Origin: Thermoplasmata archaeon
Lineage (GTDB): Archaea; Thermoplasmatota; Thermoplasmata; Lutacidiplasmatales; UBA184
Assembly (NCBI GenBank): GCA_021817245.1
Contig: JAKAVQ010000004.1
Coordinates: 115,403 to 179,402, forward strand
Length of the DNA stretch: 64,000 nt
Direction: 5' to 3'
Both the position numbers and the translations under genes were made by a program. Below, piece after piece: positions 1-9,801 of the stretch (within the stretch, counting starts at the first letter, position 1; each line of letters opens with the position of its first letter). The notes beneath the pieces were generated by a model. That model saw only the letters and a list, made by a program, of their open reading frames with translations. It searched no databases and was not told where the DNA came from.

Positions 1-359
1 CACGCCCGGACCCGGTCCTTCCCGGTCTCCCGGCAGTACGCCTCGAGCGCTTCGGGAGACCGCCGTCGCTTCTCCCACTCCTCGGGCGTGGTCACGAGCG
101 AGTAGCGGCCCTGGTCGGCGATCTTCCGCTCGACCGCGGGAAGGGCCTCGGCCGAAAAGTCCTCCCACCGCTCGCTGGTCGGGTACCATCGATACGTGCC
201 GTCGTCCCGACGAAAGATCGGCTGAAGGATCTTGCCCATGATGTCGCCGCCGTAGATCAGAAGGTCGGGACGATAGATCGGAGCGGAGTTCAGGAACTTT
301 CGAAAACAGACCTCCGAGCCGTGGAGGTCGCTGACGAAGAAGATACGGAAGCGGCTCAC
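1..359 (-). CDS. metallophosphoesterase-like protein, N-terminal part (gene continues beyond the left edge)
   Basis: Manual minus-strand translation from GTG at 359-357 gives VSRFRIFFVSDLHGSEVCFRKFLN...DLLIYGGDIMGK. The D-x-H-G and G-G-D motifs are typical of calcineurin-like phosphoesterases. It is absent from the ORF track because the window edge truncates it. Confidence 0.55.
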   Translation of the reverse strand, partial: MSRFRIFFVSDLHGSEVCFRKFLNSAPIYRPDLLIYGGDIMGKILQPIFRRDDGTYRWYPTSERWEDFSAEALPAVERKIADQGRYSLVTTPEEWEKRRRSPEALEAYCRETGKDRVRA

Positions 360-462
360 GTAACCGGCTCATCCCTCCGGGCCTATATTACCCGGCTCCG
401 GCGCCAGCGCGCGGCGCGCCCCGGTCGTCCGTGCGGGGAAGACCGGGGGTCCGTCCGGAGCG

Positions 463-1644
463 TCAGCCGACCGGCGCTCCACCCGAGGCTTCGAGCGCGG
501 CGGCGCTGACGAGACGGCCTGCGACCCGTACCAGACTGATCGCCTGGTTGGCGCCCGCCTTTTCGAGCTTGGGGAGCGTGTCCGCCTGCTTGGCGAGGGC
601 AATGATCCGCAGGTTGGGCCGGATCCCGCGGGCCGTGATCACCGTCAGGAGGTTCTCGGCATCCGAGTCCATCGCGGCGACGAGCGCCCGGGCCCGATCG
701 ATGCCGGCCCCTCGCAGCGTCTCCTCCGACGAGGGGTCCCCGAGGTGGGTTCGGTAGCCCTCGGCCCGGAGCACCTCGATCGTCTTCGGGTCGGTCGAGA
801 GAAGGATCGTCCGTGACCCGGCCTCCCGCAGGGCGTCCACGCTGGCCCGAGCCTCGCCGCTCGTGCCACAGACGATGACGTGATCCCGAAGCTCCTCCAT
901 CTGTGCCCGTTCAAGACGCGCAGCGAGCGACTGCAGGCGGCGCTCGAGGAACGGCACGAAGAGGACCACGACCGCGGTTAAGAACGTTCCCACGCCGAAG
1001 AGGATCAGAAGGACCGCGAACAGTCGGGCCGTGTTCGTGAGGGGGAGATAGTTTGCCCCGTTGGTCGAGATGGTCGCGACCGTGAAGTAGAGCGCTTCGT
1101 TCCAGCCCTGGATCGGCGGAGAGAACTCCGTCGCGAGGAAGCGCGCGCCCACCATGCCGAACAGGATCGACAGGAGCGCGGCCACCACGACCAGCATCTG
1201 GGTCGCCTCGGGCCCGGCCGCGGAACCTCGGTAGAACCCGACCCGGTAGGGATAGATCATCGCGACCAGCAGGGTGGACGCCGCGGCGGAGAGGATCGAG
1301 TAGACGTTCGGGCTGAGCGCCGCGATCGAGAGGGTCAGGAGCGGCGCGAAGAGCGAGAACAGCCAGGCGACCGTCGTTCGCTCCCGGATGCGGAAGGAGA
1401 GGGCGAGGAGCAGTAATCCGGCGACCGCGTCGAACGGCGGATCGTACCCGGTGAGCGCGTCGCGGTAGATCGTTGGCTCGACGTAGAGCGCCGAGAGGAT
1501 TCCGAAGAGGAAGACGAGCGCCCCGACCGCCGCGGTGATCGCACCGATCGCGGGGGGGTGGAAGGCGATCGGGCGGCTCCGCGAGGCGGCCCCGGCCCGA
1601 TCCCGAAGAAGCGTGCCCGTGTCCGCGGGCGGGCCCGTCGCCAC
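463..1644 (-). CDS. potassium channel-like protein with C-terminal RCK/TrkA-N domain
   Basis: 393-aa ORF. The N-terminal half is hydrophobic with several TM helices and a pore-like segment. The C-terminal half has a Rossmann-type RCK domain (HVIVCGTSGEARASVDALREAG ... NLRIIALAK). Confidence 0.75.
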   Translation of the reverse strand: MATGPPADTGTLLRDRAGAASRSRPIAFHPPAIGAITAAVGALVFLFGILSALYVEPTIYRDALTGYDPPFDAVAGLLLLALSFRIRERTTVAWLFSLFAPLLTLSIAALSPNVYSILSAAASTLLVAMIYPYRVGFYRGSAAGPEATQMLVVVAALLSILFGMVGARFLATEFSPPIQGWNEALYFTVATISTNGANYLPLTNTARLFAVLLILFGVGTFLTAVVVLFVPFLERRLQSLAARLERAQMEELRDHVIVCGTSGEARASVDALREAGSRTILLSTDPKTIEVLRAEGYRTHLGDPSSEETLRGAGIDRARALVAAMDSDAENLLTVITARGIRPNLRIIALAKQADTLPKLEKAGANQAISLVRVAGRLVSAAALEASGGAPVG

Positions 1645-1728
1645 GACCGTCCGAAGCGCCGGCGGGCCAAAAAGCCGCGCGGTGGTGAAACCGCCCCGGG
1701 TCCGTCGCGGGCGTTGCGGGGAGCCGAC

Positions 1729-3447
1729 TCAGCTCCCGGGATATTTCGGGTACTCGGGGAACCACTGCGCCGCGAGAACTCGATCCCGCAGCGTCTCGGG
1801 GCTCGTCCGCGGAGCTTGTCCGCCGCGCTGGGCCTCCAATCCCACCTCCACCGCGACCTCGACCGCGACCCGCCGCAGGTCGGGGACGGGCGGCAACAGC
1901 GGGGCCGTCGGGTCCGTGGCTGCGGGAGAGAGCGCGGCCAGGGCGCGGGCCGCGGTGAGCACCATGCCGTCGGTGACCCGCCGAGCCCGGGCGGCCACGA
2001 CGCCTAGGCCGAGCGCGGGGAAGACATACACGTTGTTGCACTGAGCGACGGCGATCGTGCGCCCGTCCCAGTCGACCGGAGCGTAGGGAGAGCCGGTCGC
2101 GACCACGGCACGCCCCCGGCTCCAGCGCAACAGATCCACCGGCGCCGCCTCGGAGCGGTTGGTCGGGTTGGAGAGCGGGAAGATGATCGGCCGGTCCGCC
2201 CCGGAGGCCATCGCTCGGACCAGCGGCTCGTCAAAGGCGTTCGCCGCGGTCGAAAGTCCGATGAGGACGGTGGGGCGGACCCCGAGCACGACCTCGGAGA
2301 GCTCCACCCGGCGTGGATCGCTCCGCGGGATCGACGCGACGTCCTCCCAAGCGCGTGCGTAGGTCCGTTGTTCCGCCCGTAGATCGGTCCGGTTCGAGTG
2401 GAGAAGACCGCCCCGGTTCACGAGCCAGAACCGTTGCCGTGCGTTCCTCTCGTCGAGCCCGCCCCCGACCATGGCCGCACGGAGCGCGTCGGCGACGCCA
2501 ACCCCGGCTGCGCCGGCCCCGTAGAGGACGACCCGCTGATCCTCGAGCGAGCCGCCGGTAACGCGGAGGGCCGCGAGGAGCGCAGCGAGGACGACCGCTC
2601 CCGTCCCCTGGATATCGTCGTTGAACGAGAGCACGGTGTCCCGATACCTCTCGAGGTTCGGGCGGGCGTGAGCGACCCCGAAGTCCTCCCATTGCAGCAG
2701 CGTACGCGGCAGCTCCTCGCGGACCGCGCGGACGAACTGCTCGATGAAGTCGGCGTACGCCGCCCCCGAAACGCGTTCGTGCCGCCAGCCAAGATACTCG
2801 GGATCACGGAGCAGCGCCGGGTTGTTCGTCCCGACGTCCAGCACGATCGGGAGCGTGCGCTCGGGCCGGATGCCCCCGATGATCGTGTAGAGGGAGAGTT
2901 TGCCGATCGGGATCCCGAGGCCCCCGACGCCGAGATCTCCGATCCCGAGGATCCGCTCGCCGTCGGTCACGACGATCACGTCGACCTCGCGGTACGGGCG
3001 GTGCTGCAGGAGCTGCCGGATCGAGTCCCTCAGCGGGTACGAGATGAAAAGTCCGCGCGGGCGACGGTAGATGTGGCAGAACTCCTGGCAGCCTTGCCCG
3101 ACCACCGGCGTGTATACGATCGGCATCATCTCCTCGAGGTGGTCGAGGAGGAGGCGGTAGAACAGGACCTCGTTCGTGTCCTGGAGCGCACGGAGGTAGA
3201 TGTGTCGCTCGAGGTCGTCGGTCTTGCGACGGAACGCCTCGTACGCCCGGACGACCTGCTGGTCCAGGGTCTCGATCTGGGGGGGTAGGAGCCCGTGCAG
3301 GCCCAGCGCGGTCCGCTCGTCGGCGGTGAACGCTGTCCCCTTGTTCCACGCGGGGCTGTCCAGCAGGTCCATTCCCCGGAGCGGCGGCCAAGTAATGAGC
3401 GATTCCCCCGGGAGGGGGCGCACCGGAACTGCGGTGGCCTGGGCCAT
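1729..3447 (-). CDS. maeA: NAD(P)-dependent malic enzyme
   Basis: Hallmark malic-enzyme segments are present: LLDSPAWNKGTAFTADERTALGLHGLLPP, FNDDIQGTGAVVLAALL and LYGAGAAGVG. The ORF is open to 3546, but the ATG at 3447 is preceded by GAGGGT, so I prefer the shorter start. Confidence 0.9.
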   Translation of the reverse strand: MAQATAVPVRPLPGESLITWPPLRGMDLLDSPAWNKGTAFTADERTALGLHGLLPPQIETLDQQVVRAYEAFRRKTDDLERHIYLRALQDTNEVLFYRLLLDHLEEMMPIVYTPVVGQGCQEFCHIYRRPRGLFISYPLRDSIRQLLQHRPYREVDVIVVTDGERILGIGDLGVGGLGIPIGKLSLYTIIGGIRPERTLPIVLDVGTNNPALLRDPEYLGWRHERVSGAAYADFIEQFVRAVREELPRTLLQWEDFGVAHARPNLERYRDTVLSFNDDIQGTGAVVLAALLAALRVTGGSLEDQRVVLYGAGAAGVGVADALRAAMVGGGLDERNARQRFWLVNRGGLLHSNRTDLRAEQRTYARAWEDVASIPRSDPRRVELSEVVLGVRPTVLIGLSTAANAFDEPLVRAMASGADRPIIFPLSNPTNRSEAAPVDLLRWSRGRAVVATGSPYAPVDWDGRTIAVAQCNNVYVFPALGLGVVAARARRVTDGMVLTAARALAALSPAATDPTAPLLPPVPDLRRVAVEVAVEVGLEAQRGGQAPRTSPETLRDRVLAAQWFPEYPKYPGS

Positions 3448-3949
3448 ACTACCCTCGGGGGGACCGGGGGAGTGCGGGAAGATGTACGCGCGGTCAACGC
3501 CGATTGACGATGGGAACCGGGCCGAACCGCGGTCGAACGAGGTCAACCTCCGACCCCCGATCCCGAAAGGCGATCGGCGGAGTAAGCGAGGAGGCGCTTC
3601 CCACGAATCCCCGCGGGACCGAGCTGGAAGGGGTAGGTGCGAGCGCCGGCGTCACCGCGGGCCTCGGACCACCCTCGAAGGGTCGGCTTTCGCGCCGCGG
3701 TAGAACCTGCGGCGACGAGGCTCCGAGGGCCGTCCCAGAGGAGGGGGAGCTAGAGGGGTGCGGCTCCCCGGGGCGAACTTCCCGACACCCCCCAACGGCG
3801 GTCCGACCCAGATCTCGGACCGTCCGCAGATCGACGTCGACCGCCGGATCCGCGTATGGCGGGCCGAGCCGTCCCTTTCGGACCTCCACGGTGCGGCGGG
3901 GCACCGCACGAAGGACAATCGTTTTCCGAGCCTCCAGCCGTAGGGGCCC

Positions 3950-5863
3950 GTGCCGAGCGAAGTTCTCGAGCCGAAGCTGGACGACTACGGCCTGATCGGC
4001 AACCTGCACACCGCGGCACTCGTGTCGCGGAAGGGAGCGATCGACTGGGCGTGCCTGCCCCGGTTTGCGGCTCCCAGCGTCTTCGCCCGTCTCATCGGAG
4101 GTTCCGAGGGCGGATACTCCTCGCTCGCGCCGGCGGAAGCGTTCCGCTCGACGCAGCGCTACCGCCCTTCGTCCTGCATCCTCGAGACCCGCTTCGAGCT
4201 CTCGGGGGGTCGGTCGCTGACGGTCACCGACGCCATGCCGATCGTCTCCCGACATCTTTCGGAGGGGGCGCCGATGATCCTCCGCGCCGCCCACGCGGAA
4301 GGGGGGCCGGTCGGGATCGAGGTCCACTTCGACCCGCGCTTCGACTATGGGCGACGCCCGGCACGCTACCGCATCATCGCGGAGGGCGTCGAGGCGAGCT
4401 CCCAGCAGGACCTTCTTCGGTGCGCGACCGTCTGGCCGTTCTCGCTCGAGGGCGGCCGAGCCGTCGCTCGGGGCACGCTCGCCGAGAGCGACCGACTCGA
4501 GGTCGAGTTGATCTGGGGCGGTAGCCGCCCGGTGACGGATTCCTTCTCGGCTCTGGTGGACGGGGCCGAGCGGTTCTGGCGCGAGTGGGTCCACGACTCG
4601 AGCGCGCCGCTCCACCGGCTCGCCCACCCTTGGCACCGCTGGGTCGAGCGATCGGAACTGACCTTGAAGCTCCTCGCGCACGCGGACACCGGCGCGTTCG
4701 TGGCCGCGCCGACCACGAGCCTCCCCGAGTGGCCCGGCGCCGGTCGGAACTGGGACTACCGGTACGCATGGATCCGCGACGCGGCGTTCTCCGCCCAGTC
4801 GCTGCTGCACCTCAATCACTTTTCCGAGGCCCGGGCGTTCCTTCGATGGGCAGTCCTGCGGGTCCGATCGGATCCCAACCGGATCCTACGGGTCGTCTAC
4901 GGCACCCACGGGGAGACCGACCTCACCGAATCGACGCTCGACCACTTCGAGGGACTGTGGGGGTCACGACCGGTCCGGATTGGCAATGCGGCCGCCGAGC
5001 AGTTCCAGCTCGACATCTACGGGGAGCTCCTCGACGCGGCGCTCCTGCTCGAGCGATTTGACCGGGAGTTCGTGGAGGCGGAGTGGGAAGACCTCTCGGG
5101 GCTGGCCGATCAGGTCGTCCGACTTTGGCGCAATCCGGATCGGGGGATCTGGGAGGTCCGGGGGCCGTCCCGCCAGTACGTCCACTCGAAGCTGATGTCC
5201 TGGGTCGCCCTCGACCGCGCGGTGCGCCTCGGCCGTCGGGTGGGCGAGGTCCATCGGCTCGACGGCTGGGCCTCCGAAGCCGAGCAGATCCGTCGGTGGC
5301 TCGAGACCGACGGCGTCGACCCCAAGACCGGCGCCTTCCGCCAGTCCGCGGAGGTGGCCGCGCCCGACGCCGCAAACCTCCGGATCCCGCTCGTGGGCTT
5401 CCTCCCCCACGACGACCCCCGGGTGATGGCGACGGTCGAGCAGGTCCGACGGGAGCTCACGGACGGGCCGTTCGTCTACCGCTACCGGGACCCGGACGGC
5501 CTCCTCGGCCCGGAGGGAGCGTTCCTTCCCTGCTCGTTCTGGATGGTGGAATGCCTCGCGCGGGCAGGTCGCGGCTCGGAGGCCCGCGCGGCCTGGGAAG
5601 GGCTGCTCGCCGCCGCGACGCCGCTCGACCTCTACTCGGAGGAGTTCGACCCTCAGCGAGGCCTTCGGCTCGGGAACTTTCCTCAGGCGCTCTCGCATAT
5701 CGGCATCCTGAGGGCCACCCTCGCGCTCGGGGAGCTCGGTGTCCGCGAGTCCGTGGGCGAGACCAAGCCAAAGCTCCCCCGACGGGCACGTCGCACCGGC
5801 GCTCCCGGAGCGCAACGGCCCTCCACCCGCGCCCGTTCGGATCGAGGCGCCGTGCGCCTCTAG
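3950..5863 (+). CDS. glycoside hydrolase family 15 (glucoamylase/trehalase type)
   Basis: N-terminal DDYGLIGNLHTAALVSRKGAIDWACLPRF, catalytic-domain WDYRYAWIRDAAF, and C-terminal LPCSFWMVECLARAG are classic GH15 signatures. Confidence 0.9.
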   Translation: MPSEVLEPKLDDYGLIGNLHTAALVSRKGAIDWACLPRFAAPSVFARLIGGSEGGYSSLAPAEAFRSTQRYRPSSCILETRFELSGGRSLTVTDAMPIVSRHLSEGAPMILRAAHAEGGPVGIEVHFDPRFDYGRRPARYRIIAEGVEASSQQDLLRCATVWPFSLEGGRAVARGTLAESDRLEVELIWGGSRPVTDSFSALVDGAERFWREWVHDSSAPLHRLAHPWHRWVERSELTLKLLAHADTGAFVAAPTTSLPEWPGAGRNWDYRYAWIRDAAFSAQSLLHLNHFSEARAFLRWAVLRVRSDPNRILRVVYGTHGETDLTESTLDHFEGLWGSRPVRIGNAAAEQFQLDIYGELLDAALLLERFDREFVEAEWEDLSGLADQVVRLWRNPDRGIWEVRGPSRQYVHSKLMSWVALDRAVRLGRRVGEVHRLDGWASEAEQIRRWLETDGVDPKTGAFRQSAEVAAPDAANLRIPLVGFLPHDDPRVMATVEQVRRELTDGPFVYRYRDPDGLLGPEGAFLPCSFWMVECLARAGRGSEARAAWEGLLAAATPLDLYSEEFDPQRGLRLGNFPQALSHIGILRATLALGELGVRESVGETKPKLPRRARRTGAPGAQRPSTRARSDRGAVRL

Positions 5864-5951
5864 TCGCCCGTCGCGGACCCACCGGCGCGAGCGGGCCTGA
5901 GGGAGATCGCCCTGCGTGGGCTTAAGGTCGGCCCGAGGTACCAATCGGCCG

Positions 5952-6542
5952 ATGACACCCGCGTCGCTTCCGCGTCTGCGCTCGACCGCGCGCTATGAGG
6001 TTCTGTCGGCCGGATGCGTCGGCGACCGGGTCGCTTCCACGGTCTCCTACGTCGAGGACGGATCGGTCCGCGTGGTGATCGACCCGGGGATGGTCGCCGA
6101 TCGTCGTGCGCTCCTCCGACCGCTGCGCCGCCGCGGAGTCGACCCGGGGGAGATCACGGACATCATCCTCTCGCATCATCATCCCGACCACACGGTGAAC
6201 TGCGCGCTGTTCCCGAACGCACGGATCCACGATCACTGGGCGATCTACAAGGACGACCTCTGGACGAGCCGCCCGGCGGAGGGTTTCCGTCTCTCGCCGG
6301 CGATCGCCCTGATCGAGACCCCGGGGCACACGCCGCAGGATATCACGACGCTCGTCGGCACGAGCGGAGGTGTCGTGGCGTTCACTCACCTCTGGTGGAC
6401 CGCCGACGGGCCTACGCCGGACCCGCTGGCCACCGACCCCGCATCTATCCTGCGTCAGCGTCGACGGGTGCTGCGCGGCGCGCGGCGCATCGTACCGGGC
6501 CACGGTGCCCCGTTCGAGCCGTCCCCGGACCGGCCGCGCTGA
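5952..6542 (+). CDS. MBL-fold metallo-hydrolase
   Basis: Contains the HxHxDH motif (ILSHHHPDHTVN) and later ligand motifs (TPGHTPQD, VPGHG). The track ORF starts at GTG 5916, but the ATG at 5952 lies 30 nt downstream of a CTTAAGG box, so I prefer 5952. Confidence 0.8.
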   Translation: MTPASLPRLRSTARYEVLSAGCVGDRVASTVSYVEDGSVRVVIDPGMVADRRALLRPLRRRGVDPGEITDIILSHHHPDHTVNCALFPNARIHDHWAIYKDDLWTSRPAEGFRLSPAIALIETPGHTPQDITTLVGTSGGVVAFTHLWWTADGPTPDPLATDPASILRQRRRVLRGARRIVPGHGAPFEPSPDRPR

Positions 6543-6700
6543 AGTCGGATACCGTCCTCTCCGGGCCCGCTCGGTCCTTCTTCGGACGGCGGGCCCGGTG
6601 CCGTTGGTGGCCCCTTCCGGCGGCGACGCGAGAGGCGAAAGGTGAAGCCGGGTCCACTCGGGGATTAAGAAAGCGTCGTCGGCCTCCGGCATCGCCGGTG

Positions 6701-7426
6701 ATGCCGAAGGTACTCCCGGAGCCGTCGGTCGCCTCCTCCGCGACCTCCGTTTACGTGTGGGGAGACGACCGGCGCCAGGTCAACGCGGCGGCGCGCCTCG
6801 TCGGGGCCCGCCTCGCTCCCGGCTTCCTATGGGTCGACGCATCCGCGCCGGCGCGTGACGGCCCTTTAGCCCCCTTTCGGTCGGGGAACCATCGGTGCGT
6901 ATCTCCCAAGGAGTTGGTGCCGAACGCCGGAGTTCTTGAGCGGACGGTCCGGTCCTACCTTCGCCCCGCGTCGGGTCCGCTCTCCCTTGGGCGCGAGCTC
7001 CAAAGCTACCTAAGGCTACCCAACGCGTTGCAGGAGGCCGTGGCCACGCTCCTCGAGCGGAGGGCACCGCGCGTGCTGGTCGTTACGAACGTCGACCGCC
7101 TCGAAGCGTTCGACGCGCGCGAGCACGGCCTCCTCGGGCAGTTCGTGGAGTTCCTGAACCGCCACGGAATATCGTTCGTCGTCGCATCGACCAGCCGACC
7201 TCGTCCGGAGCGCATCGCTTTCGAGTACTCCGTGGCGATCGGCTCGGCGCTCCCGGAACCGTTCCGGACCGAGGGTCCCTTCTGCCAATGGGGGGCCTGC
7301 TCCGCCGCCTGCATCGTCCGAGGGTGCTTCTCGCCCAGAGAGTTTGGCTGCATCGGAGACCTCCGGGCGCGATTCGCGGCGAAGGTCGGCCTCCGGGCGG
7401 TCGCGCCGGGTTTCGCCGCCGAGTAG
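6701..7426 (+). CDS. hypothetical protein, degenerate KaiC/RecA-like fold suspected, Cys-rich C-terminus
   Basis: This is the in-frame ATG at 6701 within track ORF 6014..7426; the upstream part overlaps the MBL gene and is Arg-rich noise. The segment RVLVVTNVDRLEAF...LLGQFVEFLNRHGISFVVAS resembles the strand-helix-strand core of KaiC/RadA-type ATPases. No Walker A GxxGxGKT motif is visible. The tail is CQWGACSAACIVRGCFSPREFGC. Confidence 0.4.
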   Translation: MPKVLPEPSVASSATSVYVWGDDRRQVNAAARLVGARLAPGFLWVDASAPARDGPLAPFRSGNHRCVSPKELVPNAGVLERTVRSYLRPASGPLSLGRELQSYLRLPNALQEAVATLLERRAPRVLVVTNVDRLEAFDAREHGLLGQFVEFLNRHGISFVVASTSRPRPERIAFEYSVAIGSALPEPFRTEGPFCQWGACSAACIVRGCFSPREFGCIGDLRARFAAKVGLRAVAPGFAAE

Positions 7427-7475
7427 TGACGGGCGTCGCGAGACAGCGGTCGGTCCGTGGGATCCGAATCGCGGG

Positions 7476-8024
7476 CTACGTCGGGGCGACGGTCGTCAGC
7501 GGCTCCCACTGGGAACGGACCGAGTAGCCACTGAGAGCGCCCGACCGTACGGTGGGGTCCCCGTACCGTCGGACCGCCGCCCCAATCGCGCTCGAGGCCC
7601 AGGACCGGGCGCGGTCCAGCTCGCCGAAGGCGAGGACGCCCTGGGTTTCGTCGTTCGAGTAGAAGCTTTGGGGGTTGACGAGCAGCTTGCCGCCCCGGTG
7701 CTCGACCGCGCGGCGTAGTCGGCGGATCCCGGCGCCGGCCACCGCGGGATGTGGGGTCGTCCGCGTGTCGAAGACCGCCCACACGACCTCGCCCATCACT
7801 CGGCCCGGTAGACGATCGAGGAACTTTCGGATCGTTCGGTCGAGCTCGGAGCCTCCCGAGGCGCAACCGAGGAAGACGAGCCCCGGCCCCCGGATCTCCG
7901 AGGGGGTAATGTCCGCCGCCGCCCGGGCCTCATACTCTTTCGACCAGCCGACCGCGGTGGCGACCGAGCGGGCTACCCTCGCGATGCTCGCAGACCGTGT
8001 CCCGTAAACCACGTAGACCCACAC
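7476..8024 (-). CDS. flavodoxin-like fold protein (hypothetical)
   Basis: 182-aa ORF with N-terminal VYVVYGTRSASIARVA and later LVFLGCASGG, a pattern reminiscent of flavodoxin-like domains. It has high GC3 and an A/T-rich box upstream. Confidence 0.45.
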   Translation of the reverse strand: MWVYVVYGTRSASIARVARSVATAVGWSKEYEARAAADITPSEIRGPGLVFLGCASGGSELDRTIRKFLDRLPGRVMGEVVWAVFDTRTTPHPAVAGAGIRRLRRAVEHRGGKLLVNPQSFYSNDETQGVLAFGELDRARSWASSAIGAAVRRYGDPTVRSGALSGYSVRSQWEPLTTVAPT

Positions 8025-8056
8025 CGTCGTGCCTGGGCACGGCGTGCGTGAGTTCC

Positions 8057-8064
8057 GTATATCA
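8057..8064 (-). promoter_or_regulatory. TATA-like box upstream of the 7476..8024 gene
   Basis: The minus strand reads TGATATAC about 33-40 nt upstream of the GTG start at 8024, inside one of the few A/T-rich patches of the window (8040-8095). Confidence 0.3.
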
Positions 8065-8131
8065 CCCGGAAGTCAAACCGAATTGATAACGCGGGGACCG
8101 GTAAGGTCCCCGCGACGGGCTCGAACGGAGC

Positions 8132-8914
8132 TTACGCCGGGGAGGCGTCCTCGGTCCAGGGCCGGGCGGAACTCTTGCCGATCCGTGCCGGAGCGACGAT
8201 CTCCGAGGGCGTCGGCTTCGGCTCCTCGAGCCAGGGAAGCGTCGCGTACGCCTCGTCGACCGCCGCGCCGCGCACGTTGTAGCGGCGCCAGCGACTCGGG
8301 GTCAGGGCGCCGAAGCCCGGCACCGCGGAGTCATAGCCGATGTGGCCGAAGAGGACGATCACCGAGAAGAACAGGAGAACGAGCGCCGGGAGCATCACGA
8401 CGATCGCGAGGTAGTTCAGCCAGACGGTCCCGGTGACGAAGCTCAGCCCCCAGAGAAGCGCGGCTCCGAGCGTAAGGACCGAACCCCAGATCGCGGGGCC
8501 GGCCGCGTAGGCGTGCACCCGGGTGTGCCGGCGCAGTTCCACCGAGGTAGAGGCGTACTCCTGCAGGACACGGCCGAGGAAGCTTCCGGGCTCCGGCAGC
8601 TGGCCCGAACCCCCATGGACCGAAACGGTCCGGGCGAGCTCGAGCTCGACCATCCGCACCCGTGCGAAGTCCGAGCTCAACATCGAACCCAGAGTGAAGG
8701 TGACGATCGTGCCCAGTACCAGGGAGAGAGGGAGCCAGAGACTGTCGTCATTGGCGAGAGGGGTGTTGATCCCGACCAGCAGGAGCACGTAGACCACTCC
8801 CACGAACAGCGTCGCAAGGAGCACGCGCCCCTCACGGGTGTCGGGAGCCGGGACCGAAGGGAGATGGATCGAACGGAGGGGGCTCGGGGCCGTGGTCGGC
8901 GTCGAGGCGGTCAC
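8132..8914 (-). CDS. integral membrane protein, unknown function
   Basis: 260-aa ORF with about six hydrophobic helices (e.g. LLATLFVGVVYVLLLVGI, AIVVMLPALVLLFFSVIVLFG). No recognisable family motif. Confidence 0.55.
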   Translation of the reverse strand: MTASTPTTAPSPLRSIHLPSVPAPDTREGRVLLATLFVGVVYVLLLVGINTPLANDDSLWLPLSLVLGTIVTFTLGSMLSSDFARVRMVELELARTVSVHGGSGQLPEPGSFLGRVLQEYASTSVELRRHTRVHAYAAGPAIWGSVLTLGAALLWGLSFVTGTVWLNYLAIVVMLPALVLLFFSVIVLFGHIGYDSAVPGFGALTPSRWRRYNVRGAAVDEAYATLPWLEEPKPTPSEIVAPARIGKSSARPWTEDASPA

Positions 8915-9043
8915 GGCATAGAATGGGGTAGGTATCAGGATATGAACTTACCGCACGTCGTTCGACCCTTCTCCGGGGTGCGCTGAACGACGCGTACGGG
9001 TCGGGAGAAGGGTTCTAATCCGAGAACGCCCCCTCGCGGACGG

Positions 9044-9250
9044 ATGCCCTCGGTCCTCCATCCCTGCCCGACCTGCGGTCACCGCTCGATGGACGATTGT
9101 TGGTCGGCTGGCCAGCAGTTGCTGGCGCGGCAGCGGAAGCTGTGCGTCGACTGTCACGACGAGTGTCTCGCGAAGACGCGCCGTCGCACGACGAAGGCGA
9201 CGCCGGCGAAGTCGCCCCCGAAGACCCCCGACCCACGGATGTTCTTCTGA
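9044..9250 (+). CDS. small zinc-finger protein with basic tail (hypothetical)
   Basis: 68 aa with CPTCGH...CVDCHDEC (two CxxC pairs) followed by a Lys/Arg/Pro-rich tail. Codon third positions are strongly G/C as in the real genes here. Confidence 0.4.
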   Translation: MPSVLHPCPTCGHRSMDDCWSAGQQLLARQRKLCVDCHDECLAKTRRRTTKATPAKSPPKTPDPRMFF

Positions 9251-9364
9251 GCCGATCCGTGCGGGCGTGCCCCCCGAGCGCGCCCTTCCCAAGACCGGAG
9301 CGGCCGAGGAAGGCTCTGGGAAGGCGCCGACCGAGCAAGGGAAGCCGGGACAGGTGCGGCTGGG

Positions 9365-9598
9365 TTACCCTTTCTTCTCTTCCTCGGATCCCTTGAACCC
9401 CTTCTTCGCGCCGGCCGCGAATCCCTTCACTCCGCCGACCAACCCTCGTCCGACCTTTCCCGCGATCACGCCGGTCTCCTTCGCCACATGCGCCGTCTCT
9501 GCCGCGGCGCGCTGTCCGGTGCTGACCGGGCGCCCGCAGGCCGGGCACGCTTTGGCGCCTTCGGGGAGGGGGGCCTGGCAACCTTCGCACGTCATCAT
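9365..9598 (-). CDS. zinc-ribbon protein with Gly/Lys-rich C-terminus (hypothetical)
   Basis: Internal start MMTCEGCQAPLPEGAKACPACGRPV (CxxC...CxxC zinc ribbon). The track ORF extends to 9691, but the upstream part is not convincing. Confidence 0.45.
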   Translation of the reverse strand: MMTCEGCQAPLPEGAKACPACGRPVSTGQRAAAETAHVAKETGVIAGKVGRGLVGGVKGFAAGAKKGFKGSEEEKKG

Positions 9599-9801
9599 GG
9601 ACGTCCTCGCAAGTACACTGTCGGTTGGGGGATAGAAGACCTTCGGCCGGCGCGAGATATGGGGGACGGACGCCGCGAAGGGGTGCCCCACCCCCTCGTC
9701 ACGGTTTTCCGCTGCGCGTCAAGGCGTGTTGACCTTGGGGCTTTCTGCCCCCGGAGCCCCGGGGTGGCTGGAAGGATACGGTCCTTCCGGCGAGGAGGTC
9801 C

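Noticed and set aside
9718-9735. Short inverted repeat GTCAA-N6-TTGAC about 70 nt upstream of the dsrE-like gene, considered as an operator.
   Set aside because: Each arm is only 5 bp, which is too short to distinguish from chance without comparative data.
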